From contig JASTWF010000235.1 of the NCBI GenBank assembly GCA_030390025.1, positions 372,183-436,000 on the forward strand: a stretch of 63,818 nucleotides of DNA, read 5' to 3'. Made by a program: the position numbers and the translations under genes. A model generated the notes under the pieces. The model did no database searches, was not told where the DNA came from, and saw only the letters and a list, made by a program, of their open reading frames with translations. The stretch is from Squalus acanthias (taxonomy: Eukaryota). Shown piece by piece: positions 24,723-37,200 of this stretch (within the stretch, counting starts at the first letter, position 1; each line of letters opens with the position of its first letter).

Positions 24723-27474
24723 TCAGTATCCCGTCCCCGCCTTCTCTCCGTAACCCTTAACCCCTTTTGCCTGTAGAAATATATCTAATTCCCTCTTAAA
24801 TATATTTAATGAGCTGGCGTACACTGCCCTCTGTGGCAATGAGTTCCACAGGTTCACCACTCTCTGAGTGAAGAAATTCCCCCTCATTTCTGTCCTAAAT
24901 GGTTTAGCCCTTATCCTTAAATTATGTCCTCTAGTTCTGTTCTCACCCGCCAAGGGAAACATTCCTTCTGCATCTAATCTGTCTAGACCTGTCAGAATTT
25001 TATACACTTCTATGAGGTCCCCTCTCAATCTTCTAAACTCCAGTGTGTACATCCCTAAACTACATAGTCTCTCCTCATAGGTCAATCCCGCCATTCCTGG
25101 TATCAGCCTGGTGAATCGCCGCTGCACCCCCTCCATGGCAAGAACATCTTTCCTCAGATGAGGCGACCAAAACTGTACACAGTACTCGAGGTGTGGTCTC
25201 ACCAGTGCCCTGTACAGCTGCAGCAAGGTATCCCTGTTCCTGTATTCCAACCCTTTTGCTATGAAGGCCAGCATACCGTTTGCCTTCTTGACCGCCTGTT
25301 GCACCTGCATGCTCGCCTTCAGTGACTGGTGTACAAGAACACCCAGGTCTCTCTGTACTTCCCCCTCTCCCAATTTATTGCCATTTAAATAATAATTTGC
25401 CCTCCCGTTCCTGCACCCAAGGTGGATAACTTCGCACTTGTCCACATTATAGTGCATCTGCCATTTATCCGCCCAATCACCCAGTCTGTCCAAATCGCTC
25501 TGGAGCTTCCTGGTCTCCTCCTCTGAGCCCACCCCCCCTCCTAGTTTAGTGTCGTCTGCAAATTTGGAAATGCTGCATTCGACTCCCTGATCCAGGTCAT
25601 TAATATAAATTGTGAACAGCTGGGGACCCAGGACAGATCCCTGTGGTACCCCACTTGTTACTGCCTGCCATTCAGAAAATGAGCCGTTTATTCCAACTCT
25701 CTGTTTTCTATCTGACAGCCAGTTCTCTATCCACGTCAATACTTTCCCCTTTATCCCATGAGCTTCAATTTTCCATGCTAATCTTTTATGTGGGACCTTA
25801 TCGAAGGCCTTTTGGAAGTCCAGGTACACCACATCTACTGGCTCTCCCCCATCTATTTTACCAGTTACTCCCTCAAAAAATTCCAATAGATTAGTCAAGC
25901 ACGATTTACCCTTTGTAAATCCATGTTGACTCTGTCCTATCCTGTCCCCATTTGCTAAGTGCTCGGCTATTTCATCCTTAATGATGGACTCCAGCATTTT
26001 GCCCACAACTGATGTAAGGCTTACAGGTCTGTAATTACCTGCTTTTTCCCTACCCCCCTTTTTGAATAGTGGGGTAACGTTAGCTACCCTCCAATCCATG
26101 GGCACTGTTCCCGAGTCTAATGAATTCTGAAAAATCATGCTTAGTGCATCCGCTATCTCTAGGGCCACCTCCTTCAGTACCCTAGGATGCATGTTATCAG
26201 GCCCTGGGGATTTGTCCGCCTTCAATCCCTTTAGCTTCCTTAACACCATATCCTTAGAGATATTGATTTGCGTCAGTTCCTCCTTTGCCAATGTCCCTAT
26301 TTTTCCCGATATCCCAGGGAGGTTTTTTGTGTCTTCCTTCGTATAGACTGACCCAAAGTATGCATTTAGTTGGTCTGCCATTTCCTTATTTCCCATTATA
26401 TATTCCCCCGTATCTGACTGCAATGGACCAACTTTGGTTTTCACCAGTCTTTTCCTCTTGATATACTTATAAAAGCTTTTGGAGTTAGTTTTTATATTTT
26501 CCGCCAGCTTGCTTTCGTAAGCTATTTTGCCCTTCTTGATTAAGCCCTTTGCCCTCCTTTGCTCTATCTTAAACTGTTCCCAATCTTCCGCTCTGGCGCG
26601 TTTTTTTGGCTATTTTATACGCCCTATCTTTGGATTTTATGCTGTCTCTAATTTCCCCTGTTATCCACGGTTGAGTCACCTTTTTAGATTTCCTTTTATG
26701 CCAGATTGGTATAAACAATTTTTGCAATTTTGTCATTCTATCTTTAAATGCTTGCCATTGTTTATCTACCTCCAGTCCTCCCAGGAACGTTGTCCAATCA
26801 GACCTACTCAGTTCCCGTCTAATGGCATCATAATTCCCCTTGTTTAAATTCAGGACCTGAGTCTCTGAGTCAATTTCTTCGCTCTCCATTTCGAGTGAGA
26901 AATCGATCATGTTATGATCGCTCTGACCCAAGGGTCCCCGTACAACAAGATTACTAATTAGTCCCTTCTCATTGCACAGTACCCAGTCCAATATAGCCTG
27001 TTCCCGAGTTGGTTCCTCGACATATTGATCCAGATAACCATCCCTTAAACACTCAAGGAATTCCTCCTCCTCATTATTTTTACTGATTAGGCTAGTCCAA
27101 TCTATATGTAAGTTAAAGTCACCTATGATGACAGCTGTGCTCTTATTGCACGCTTCTCTAATTTCCCTCGTGATGCCCTCCCCAACCTCTATTTTACTAT
27201 TTGGAGGCCTATATACCACTCCTATTAATGTTTTTCGCCCCTCGCTATTTCTTAGCTCCACCCATATAGATTCTGTATTAACTGAGTTAATATCCTTCCT
27301 TTCAATTGCATTTATCCCCTCTTTTACCAGCAATGCTACCCCTCCTCCCTTTCTTTTTTGTCGATCCTTCCTAAATACTGAATACCCCTGTATGTTAAGC
27401 TCCCAGCCCTGCTCACCCTGCAACCATGTTTCCGTAATCCCAATTAGATCATAATTATTAACCTCTATTTCCAC
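24723..27474 (-). CDS. CR1 ORF2: APE endonuclease + reverse transcriptase (split by a +1 frameshift near 26601-26607)
   Basis: Endonuclease motifs ITETWL, VYRPP, IGDFN, LDWVL, SDHN (26569-27474) and RT motifs PGPD, NYRPVSLTS, QHGF, DFQKAFDKVPH, GVPQGS, FADD (24723-26444). The true start probably lies a little above 27474. Confidence 0.92.
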
Positions 27475-27665
27475 AGCTAATTCATCTACCTTGTTCCTGA
27501 TGCTTCTCGCATTAAGGTATAAAACCCTCAGGCTTTTTTTATGCTCACATTTTTTATGAATTAGTTTGGCCCTTTGTTTTTTGTTCCTCTCCTTTTTACC
27601 ATTTATTTCTGTCTGCCTTTCACTTTCCTCTATTTCACTACATGGGTTTCTAGCCCCCTGCCATA

Positions 27666-28613
27666 CTAGTTTAAATGCTCCCGAACTGCTTTATCAAAAT
27701 TTACCCCGAGAACATCAGTTCCATCTTTGCACAGGTGTAGACCGTCCCTTTTGTATAGGTCACACCTACCACAAAACTGGTCCCAATGCCTCAAAAATTT
27801 AAAACCCTCCCTCTTACACCACTGCTCAAGCCACGTATTTAGCCTAACTATCCTGTTCTCTGTACTCTTACTAGCACGTGGCACTGGTAGTAATCCAGAG
27901 ATTACTACCTTCGAGGTCCTACTTTTTAGCTTGGCTCCTAACTCCCTAAATTCTACTTGTAGGACCTCTTCCCTTTTTTTAGCTACGTCGTTGGTACCAA
28001 CATGTATCATGACAACTGGCTGTTCCCCCTCCCCCTCCAGAATGTTCTGCACCCGCGCCGAGACATCCTTGACCCTTGCACCAGGGAGGCAAATTACCAT
28101 CCTGGAGTCTCGGTCGCGACCACAGAAACTCCTATCTATTCCCCTTACAATCGAATCCCCTATTACTATAGCCCTGCCACTCTTTTTCCCTCCCTTCTTT
28201 GCAACAGAGCCAGTCATGGTGCCATGAGCCTGGCTGCTGGTGCCTTCCCCCGATGAGTCATCCCCCCCGACAACAGCACCTAAGGCGGTGAACCTGTTGC
28301 CGAGGGAGACAACCCCAGGGGATTCCTGCACTACCTTCCTGCCCTTGCTCTGCCTTTTGGTCACCCATGTACTATCTACTCTGGCCTTAACCTGCGGTGT
28401 GACCAACTCACTAAATGTGCTATTCACAACCCTCTCAGAATCGTGGATGCTCCAAAGTGAGTCCATCCGCAGCTCAAGGGCCGTCATGCGATCCCACATG
28501 AGCTGCAGCTGGACACACTTCCCGCACACATGGTTGTCAGGGACACAGGAAGCGTCCATGATTTCCCACATGTTACAGGAGGAGCATGACACAGGTCCGA
28601 GCTCTACTGCCAT
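27666..28613 (-). CDS. CR1 ORF1: zinc finger/leucine zipper + SGNH esterase-like domain
   Basis: Intact 315 aa: CSSC..W..CGKC zinc finger, then GDS, PGA, GTND and DGLH SGNH blocks. Confidence 0.9.
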   Translation of the reverse strand: MAVELGPVSCSSCNMWEIMDASCVPDNHVCGKCVQLQLMWDRMTALELRMDSLWSIHDSERVVNSTFSELVTPQVKARVDSTWVTKRQSKGRKVVQESPGVVSLGNRFTALGAVVGGDDSSGEGTSSQAHGTMTGSVAKKGGKKSGRAIVIGDSIVRGIDRSFCGRDRDSRMVICLPGARVKDVSARVQNILEGEGEQPVVMIHVGTNDVAKKREEVLQVEFRELGAKLKSRTSKVVISGLLPVPRASKSTENRIVRLNTWLEQWCKREGFKFLRHWDQFCGRCDLYKRDGLHLCKDGTDVLGVNFDKAVREHLN

Positions 28614-28864
28614 GACTTAACCCTTATATTACTTATTAATTTTCTAGTTTTAGTTTATTTATTGACTTTTGTTTTCCCGAAGCTTACTTAGACCAATGTA
28701 TACTGTACTCCTCTTATTCCTTTTTAAACTAACCAACTCACACTGGTGGGATATTGGGCTTAGTACATCAGCACACCCTTATGATCGTATTATTTCACAC
28801 GCTCTGGTAGTTCTCCAACTTGTAATGATAGTGTATTTGATATATGTAACCAATGTAGTAAGAC

Positions 28865-31134
28865 GAACATACATACGAACATACGAATTAGGAGCAGGAG
28901 TAGGCCACTCGGCCCTTCGAGCCTGCTCCGCCATTCAATAGGATCATGGCTGATTGGATTACTCCTCATTCCTGCCTAACCCCGATAACTTTTCACCCCC
29001 TTGCTTACCAAGAATCTATCTACCTCTGCCTTAAAAATATTCAAAGACTCTGCTTCCACCGCCCTCTGAGGAAGAGAGTTCCAAAGACTCACGACCCTCT
29101 GTGAGAAAAAAATTCTCCTCATGTCTGTCTTAAATGGGCGACCCCTGATTTTTAATCTGTGACCCCTAGTTCTAGATTCTCCCACCAGAGGAAACATCCT
29201 CTCCACATCCACCCTGTCCAGACCGCTCAGGATCTTATATGTTTCAATCAAGTCACCTCTTACTCTTCTAAACTCCAGCGGATACAAGCCTAGCTTGCTC
29301 AACTTTCCTCATAAGACAACCCGTCCATTCCAGGTTAAAACCTTCTCTGAACTGCTTCCAACGCATTTACATCCTTCCTTAAATAAGGAGACAAATACTG
29401 TACACAGTACTCCAGATGCGGTCTCACCAATGCCCTGTATAACTGAAGCATAACCTACCTACTTTTGTATTCAATTTCCCTCGCAATAAACGATAACATT
29501 CTATTAGCTTTCCTAATTAATTGCTGTACCTGCATAGTAACCTTTTGCGATTCATGCACTAGGACACACAGATCCCACTGCATCTCAGATTTCTGCAATC
29601 TCTCACCATTTAGATAATATGCTTATCTTTTATTCTTCCTGCCAAAATGGACAACTTCACATTTTCCCACATTATACTCCATTTGCCAGATCTTTGCCCA
29701 TTCACTTAAACTATCTATATCCCTTTAAGCCTCCTTATGTCCTCTTCACAATTTACTTTCATACCTATCTTTGTGTCATCAGCAAATATAGCAACCATAC
29801 CTTCGGTCCCTTCATCAAGTGATTCATATACATTGTAAAAAGTTGAGGCCCCAGCACTGATCCCTGTGGCACACCACATCTTGCCAATCAGAAAATGACC
29901 CATTTATGCCTACTCCCTGTTTCCTGTTAGCTAGCCAGTCTTCTATCCATGCCAATATGTTGCCCTTTACACCATGAGCTTTTATTTTCCGCAATCACCT
30001 TTGATGTGGCACCTTAACAAATGCCTTCTGGAAATCTAAGTACAGTACATCCACCGGTGCCCCTTTATCCACAGCACATGGTACTTCCTCAAAGAACTCC
30101 AATAAATTGGTTAAACATGATTTTCCTTTCACAAAACCATGTTGACTCTGCCTGATTATTTTGAACTTTTCTAAGTGCCCTGCTATAATGTCTTTAATAA
30201 TAGCTTCTAACATCTTCCCTAGGACAGATGTTAAGCTAACTGGCCTGTAGTTTCCTGATTTCTGTCTCCCTCCCTTTTTGAATAAAGGAGTTACATTCGC
30301 TATTTTCCAATCTAATGGAACCTTCCCCGAATCTAGGGAATTTTGGAAAATTAAAACCAACGCAGCAACTATCTCGCTAGCTACTTCTTTTAAGACCCTA
30401 GCATGAAGTACATCAGGACCCGATGACTTGTCAGCCCGCAGATCCAACAATTTGCTCAGTACTACTTCCCTGGTGATTGTAATTTTCTTGAGTTCCTCCC
30501 TCCCTTCCATTTCTTGATTTACAGCTATTTCTGGGATGTTATTTGTATACTCTATAGTGAAGACCGATGCAAAATACCGGTCAATTCAACTGCCATCTCC
30601 TTATTTCCATTACTAATTCCCCAGGCTCACTTTTTATAGGACCAACGCTCACTTTGTTAAATCTTTTCTCTTTTAAATATCTATAGAAACTCTTACTATC
30701 TGTTTTTATATTTCTAGCTAGCTTTCACTCGTACTCTAATTTTTATCTCCTTATTAAACTTTTAGTATTCTTTGCTGTTTTTTTATATTCTGTCCAGTCT
30801 TCTCACCTGCCACCCATCTTTGCGTATTATATGCTTTTTCTTTAAGTTTAATACTATCTTTAACTTTTCTAGTTAACCACGGATGGTGGGTCCTCCCCTT
30901 GGAATTTTTCTTTCTTGTTGGAATGTATATATTCTGTGTATTTTGAAATATCCCCTTAAATGTCTGCCACTGCAACTCTATTGACCTGTCCCTTAACATA
31001 ATTTGCCAGTTCACTTTAGCTAGCTCTGCTTTCATGCCCTCATAATTGCCCTTATTTAAGTTTAAAATACTTGTCTTGGACCCAATCTTCTCTATCTCAA
31101 ACTGAATGTAAAATTCAATCATATTATGATTATC
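28865..31134 (-). mobile_element. 5'-truncated CR1 LINE, degenerate
   Basis: RT fragments (29995-30510, 28976-29302), an endonuclease end (SDNHNMIEF), an (ACATACGA)-type tail, and AGAC duplicated at both junctions (28861-28864 / 31135-31138). Confidence 0.9.
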
Positions 31135-31599
31135 AGACTTTGATGCATAAGCAAATTGTGTACTCATGCCTATGAATAACCAGCACTAACAAATTAATTG
31201 AGCACACCGAAAGAGAAGATCAGAAGAAACAGAGGAGACCCCAGGCGGGGTAAGATCAGGGCCGTTACTGCCAGATCGTATGAATCAGCAATACGATCAA
31301 AGGGCGGAGGAGAAATGATAGACTGGGACACACTGGACGGAAAGGCATATCAGCACGGGCCTCATGAAAGTTGGGGAGACCCCGGGGTGTCCCTCAGCCA
31401 TGACAATAGTAAAGGATCGCCCCTGTGAGTGTCCTAGTTAGAACCCAGGCCTATAATGAAAAGGGGGATAAAACCTCCTTTGAGAAGCGCTCCGTTCCCC
31501 TCAATTAGAGGACTCCGATTAGCAGCAATGCTTGTCAGAGAATAGATTGAAATAGTCGAGGAATCAATGTTTCAAACATTTCATCCTCGAGGTGGGGAC

Positions 31600-32348
31600 T
31601 GTACGAAAGATTGGTATTTAGAGATCATTAGTATATGAGAATCATATATGTATAAATTCAAGTGCAGCCATTGACCAACTAATCTTACTCATGATTCCCT
31701 GTGGGTATGGAAATGTTAAAGACTGATCGAATATAGCCGCGAGGACAGTCAAACGCAGTTTTGTATAAGCACTGACAACAAACAGCCATAGGCTACGAGT
31801 GAAGGTTAAATTGCTAAGTAACATGTTATACTCCTAAGCTTAATTAGAGTTCGTTTAACAATGCTTGTACCAGAGAAGCTAGCAATGAAAGAGATAAGGT
31901 AAATTCCAATGGGGTGAAGAACTATAAACAGAATAACACTGAACAGGGTAGAGTCCTGGGAAAATTACTGAGCCAGGAGGGGCCAAGATGCTACCATTAG
32001 TCTGAGTGACAATGATATTTTGACCACTATAACCAATTAAAAAAGGTGATTTTGTTAAATACCATATATGGACACTGGCCAAACGAACTTTTGATACGAA
32101 ATGTGTTAAAGCCTCGATACTCGAAAAACAACTTTACACAGACATCACTGCGTGAACAAAGGAACAGTCTGAAGACGACGTCACCTCTGTCCGAGAGGTC
32201 AAGGACTGCGAGCCACTCGTTAAACTATCGCCTGCTGTTAAGCATATTACGTTGTAAGCTTAATAAACACTTGATCTATTGCTCAAACTTAAAGGCTGCT
32301 GCCTATTGGTGTCTTGTCCAAGTACTCAGAGATCATTAAGATCTTACA
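31600..32348 (+). repeat. 3' LTR of ERV-like copy 1
   Basis: TGTAcga...tctTACA termini after the polypurine tract; TATAAA 31923-31928; AATAAA 32262-32267; homologous to 57192-58092. Confidence 0.75.
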
Positions 32349-33320
32349 GAAGTGTGCAGAGGGGTCCACAAGCGTTGTTATTAGGACCACTGCTTTTCTT
32401 GTTATATATATGGGGACTGATTTGGATATAGCGATACAAAAGTTGGCAACGTAGTAAATAGTGACCATGATAGTAGCAGACTTCAGGAGGACACAGACAG
32501 ACTGGTGAAATGAGCAGACACATGACAGATGCAATTTAATGCTGCGAAGTGTCAAGTGGTGCACTTTAGGAGAAACAACATAGAGAGGCGGTATAATCTA
32601 AATCATACTATTTTGACGGAATGCAGGAATAGAGGGACATATCTTTGATAGTGGCAGGGTAAGTTGACAAGGCGGTTAAGAAAGTGTAAGGGACAATTGG
32701 CTTTGTAAATAGGGGCATTGAATACAAAAACAAGAAGTCATGCTAAACTTTAGAAATCTCTGGTTAGTCCTCAGCTGGCGTATTGTGTACAACTCTGGAC
32801 CCCACATTATAGGAAGGATGCCAAGGCCCTGCAGAGGCTACACAGGAGATGTAATAGGATGATGCCATGGATGAGGAGCTCACTTATGTGGACAGATTGC
32901 AGAATCTGGGATTGTGCTCCTTAAACAAGTGCAGGCTAAGAGGAGATATAATAGAAATATCCAAAATTATGAGGGTTTTTTGATAGAGCAAGAAGGGAGT
33001 AACTATTTCATCTCGCAAGTGGGTCGGGAATCGAAGGTCATATATTTAATATAATTGGCAAAAAAACTGAGCAGACATTTCCTCACACAGAGGGTTGTTA
33101 AGATCTGGAACACGCTGCCTGAAAGGGTGGTGGAATCAGATTCCATGGAACATTTAAAAGGCAATTGGACCTGTACTTGGAGAGGACTAATTTGCAGGTT
33201 TATGGGTAAAAAGCTGGGAAGTGGGATTTAATTGGACAGCTCTTTCACTGAGCCAGCACAGGCGTGATGCGCCGCACAGCCTTCATTGTGCTGTAGGATT
33301 CTATGCTTCTCTGATTCTAT
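32349..33320 (+). mobile_element. Old CR1 LINE 3' fragment
   Basis: Degenerate RT C-terminus and 3'UTR ending gattctatgcttctctgattctatt. Confidence 0.8.
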
Positions 33321-33519
33321 TCTACTCTGACCACCCCTTTATCTTCGCATATAATTGTAAAACCTTTCTGTGCTCATCTTGCTAACCCTCGCAAGATTAT
33401 TCCCCTAATCCCTTTTTGCAGCTCTTACCATCTGTTATGTTTTCCTTTGTTGTTCTTTATACCGATCCCAGTCCCTTTGATTTACACTATTCTTTGCATC
33501 TTTATGGGCTCTCTCCAGG

Positions 33520-34282
33520 ATTGATTCGGGGCTCTGGGAAAGAACGGGTCAGTGGGATGAGTTTGGCTTTGATACAGGGAATGTGGGGAGAAGGTGGGGC
33601 CGTGCAATTAGTGCTGGATTGATACAGGCCTACGAGAAGAAAGCGGGTCAGTGGGAGAAGTTTGGGATTGATAGAGGTTTATAGTGAGAGAGTGAGGCAA
33701 TGGGATTAATTTGGGATTGATGCATGACTATGGAGAGAGCGGAAAGTGGGATTATTTTAGAATCCTTACAGGGCTATGGGGAGAGCGGCATAGTGGGATT
33801 CGTTTAAGAATGGAGCAGGGCTATAGGGGAAGATAGTGGGTACTAGAATTCGTTTTAGATTGAGACAAGACCATGGAGGAAGAGCGTCGCAGTGGTATAG
33901 TATGGGATTACAGCTATGGGAGAGAATGGGGCAATTGGCTTAGTTTTGGTTTGAAAGAGGGCTATGAGGACAGAGAGCAACTTTATTATTAGTTTGTGAT
34001 TGAAGCTGGGCTATGGAAAAGGCATAACATTGGGATTGGTTTTACATTGAGAAAGACTTTGGGGCGAGAGCTGGTCAGTGGTATTAATTTAGGATAGATA
34101 CCGGGATACAGGGAGAGAGTAGGCAGTGCGATTCGTGCTGATGTGATACAGGGCTATGGCGAGAGAGTAATGCAGTGGGGTTAGTTTTCATACTCCGACT
34201 GGGATATGGAGAGCGAGCTGGGCGGTGGGATAAGGCTGCGATATTAACATCGCTATTGCGAAAGCGTGCTAATGGGATTCCT
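33520..34282 (+). repeat. Diverged (old) layer of the ~49-bp G-rich tandem repeat
   Basis: Degenerate units of ttgatacagggctatggggagagagcggggcagtgggattagtttggga. Confidence 0.85.
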
Positions 34283-37200
34283 TTAGGAATGAAGCAGGGT
34301 TAGGAGGAGTGAGCGGGGTAGTGGGATTGGTTAAGGAATGGAGCATGGCTTGGAGGAGAGAGCGGGGCAGTGGGATTGAATTAGGAATGGAGCACGGCTA
34401 GGAGCAGAGACCGGGGCAGTGGGATTGGTTGAGGAATGGAGCAGGGCTAGGAGCAGAAAGCAGGGCAGTGGGATTGGTTGAGGAACGGAGCAGGGCTAGG
34501 AGCAGAGAGCAGGGCAGTGGGATTGGTTTAGGAATGGAGCAGGGCTAGGAGCAGAGAGCAGGGCTCTGGGATTGATTTGGGAATGGAGCAGGACTAGGAG
34601 GAGAGAGCGGGGCAGTGGGATTGAATTTGGAATGGAGCAGGGCTAGGAGGAGAGAGCGGGGCAGTGGGATGGGTTTAGGAATGGAGCAGGGCTAGCAGGC
34701 GAGAGCGGGGCAGTGGGATTAGTTTAGGAATGGAGCAGGACTAGGATGAGAGAGCGGGGCAATGGGAATGGTTGGGAATGGAGCAGGGCTAGGAGGAGAG
34801 AGCGGGGCAGTGGGAGTGATTGGGGAATGGAGCCGGGCTAGGAGGAAGGAGCGGGGCAGTGGGATTGAATTAGGAATGGAGCAGGGCTAGGAGCAGAGAG
34901 CAGGGCTCTGAGATTGGTTTGGGAATGGAGCAGGGCTAGGAGGAGAGAGCGGGAAAGTGGGATTATTTAGGAATGGAGCAGGGCTAGGAGAAGAGAGCGG
35001 GGCAGTGGGATAGGTTGGGGAATGGAGGAGGGCGAAGAGGAGAGAGCGGGGCAGTGGGATTGGTTTAGGAAAGGAGCAGGATGAGGAGGAGAGAGCGGGT
35101 CAGTGGGATTTGTTGGGGAATGGAGCAGGGCTAGCAGGAGAGAGTGGAGCAGAGGTATTGGTTTAGGAATGGAGCAGTGCTAGGAGCAGAGAGCGGGGCA
35201 GTGTGATTGGTTTAGGAATGGAGCAGGGAGAGGAAGTAAGCGGGGCAGTGGAATTGGTTGGGGAATGGAGCAGGGCTATGACGAGAGAGCGGGGCAGTCG
35301 GATTGGTTGAGGAATTTAGCAGGTCTAGGAGGACAGAGCGGGGCAGTGGGATTAATTTAGGAATAGAGCAGGGCTAGGAGGAGAGAGCGGGGCAGTGGGA
35401 TTGATTCAGCAATGGAGCAGGGCTAGGAGGAGAGAGCGTGGCAGTAGAATTGGTTTAGGAATGGAGCAGGGCTAGGAGGTGGGAGCGGGGCAGTGGGATT
35501 GATTCAGCAATGCAGCAGGGCCAGGAGGTGAGAGCGGGGCACTGGGTTTGGTTGTGGAATGGAGCAGGGCTAGGAGGAGAGAGCGGGGCAGTGGGATTAG
35601 TTTAGGAATGGAGCAGGGCTAGGAGTAGAGAGCGGGGCAGTGTGATTAGTTTAGGAATGGATTAGGGCTAGGAGGAGAGTGCGGGGTAGTGGGATTGGTT
35701 TAGGAATGGAGGGGCTAAGAGGTGAGAGATGGGAAGTGGGATTAGTTGGGGAATGGATTAGGGCTAGGAGGAGAGAGCGGGGAAGTGAGATTTGATTTGG
35801 AATGTAGCAGGGCTAGGAGGAAGGAGCGGGGCAGTGGGATTGGTTTGGGAATGGAGCAGGGCTATGAGGAGAGAGCGGGGCAGTGGAAATGGTTGGGGAA
35901 TGGAACAGGGCTAGGAGGAGAGAGCGGGGCAGTGGGATGGGTTTAGAAATGGAGGAGGGCTAGGAGGACAGAGCGGGGCAGTGGGATTGGTTGGGGAATG
36001 GAGCAGGACGAGGAGGAGAGAGCGGGGCAGTGGGATTTATTTAGGAATGGAGCAGGGCTAGGAGGAAAGAACGGGGCAGTGGGATTGGTTTGGGAATGGA
36101 GCACGGCTAGGAAGAGAGAGCGGGGCAGTGGGATTTGTAGGGGAATGGAGCAGGGCTTAGAGGGGATAGCGGGGCAGTGGGATAGGTTTATGAATGGAGC
36201 AGTGCTAAGAGCAGAGAGCGGGGCAGTGGGATTGATTCAGCAATGGAGCAGAGCTAAGAGCAGAGAGCGGGGCAGTGGGATTGGTTGTGGAATGGAGCAG
36301 GGCAAGGAGGAGAGAGCGGGGCAGTGGGATTGGTTTAGGAATGGAGCAGGGCTAGGAGGAGAGTGCGGGGCAGTGGGATTAGTTTAGGAATGGAGCAGGG
36401 CTAGGAGGAGAGTGCGGGGCAGTGGGATTGGTTTAGGAATGGAGCAGGGCTAGGAGGAGAGTGCGGGGCAGTGGGATTAGTTTAGGAATGGAGCAGGGCT
36501 AGGAGGAGAGTGAGGGGCAGTGGGATTGGTTTAGGAATGGAGCAGGGCTAGGAGGAGAGTGCGGGGCAGTGGGATTAGTTTAGGAATGGAGCAGGGCTAG
36601 GAGGAGAGTGCGGGGCAGTGAGATTAGTTTAGGAATGGAGCAGGGCTAGGAGGAGAGTGAGGGGCAGTGGGATTGGTTTAGGAATGGAGCAGGGCTAGGA
36701 GGAGAGTGCGGGGCAGTGGGATTAGTTTAGGAATGGAGCAGGGCTAGGAGGAAAGAGCGGAACAGTGGGATTGGTCTAGGAATGGAGCAGGGCTAGGAGG
36801 ACAGAGTGGGGCAGTGGGAAGGGTTTAGGAATGGAGCAGGACTAGGAGGAGAGAGCGGGGCAGTGGGATTGGTTGGGGAATGCAGCAGGGCTAGGAGGAG
36901 AGAGCGGGGCAGTGGGATTGGTTGCAGAATGGTGCAGGTCTAGGAGGAGAGAGCGGGGCAGTGGGATTGAATTAGGAATGGAGCAGGGCTAGGAGGAGAG
37001 AGCAGGGCTCTGGGATTGGTTGGGGAATGGCGCAGTGCAAGGAGGAGGGAGCGGGGCATTGGGATTGGTTTTGGAATGGAGCAGGGCTTGGAGGAGAGTG
37101 CGGGGCAGTGGGATTAGTTAGGAATGGAGCAGGGCTAGGAGGAGAGAGTGGGGCAGTGGGATTGTTTGGGGAATGGAGCAGGACGAGGAGGAGAGAGCGG

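Larger units (their letters stand above)
24625..28733 (-). mobile_element. Near full-length CR1 LINE (ORF1 + ORF2), one frameshift
   Basis: ORF1 and ORF2 present, 3' (ATCTATGT)n tail at ~24625-24645, inserted in the env-like region of the ERV copy. Confidence 0.95.
22876..32348 (+). mobile_element. LTR/ERV-like element copy 1 (5'-truncated, env-like remnant, 3' LTR), interrupted by two CR1 insertions
   Basis: Colinear with 54.75-58.09 kb once the CR1 insertions 24625-28733 and 28865-31134 are removed. Env-like peptide ...HWWDIGLSTSAHPYDRIISHALVVLQLVMIVYLIYV; purine tract gaggtggggac directly before the LTR. Confidence 0.75.

Noticed and set aside
26595-26612. Programmed -1 frameshift at the A-run in CR1 ORF2
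   Set aside because: Joining the endonuclease and RT needs a +1 shift, and CR1 ORF2 is normally one ORF; a homopolymer indel is simpler.
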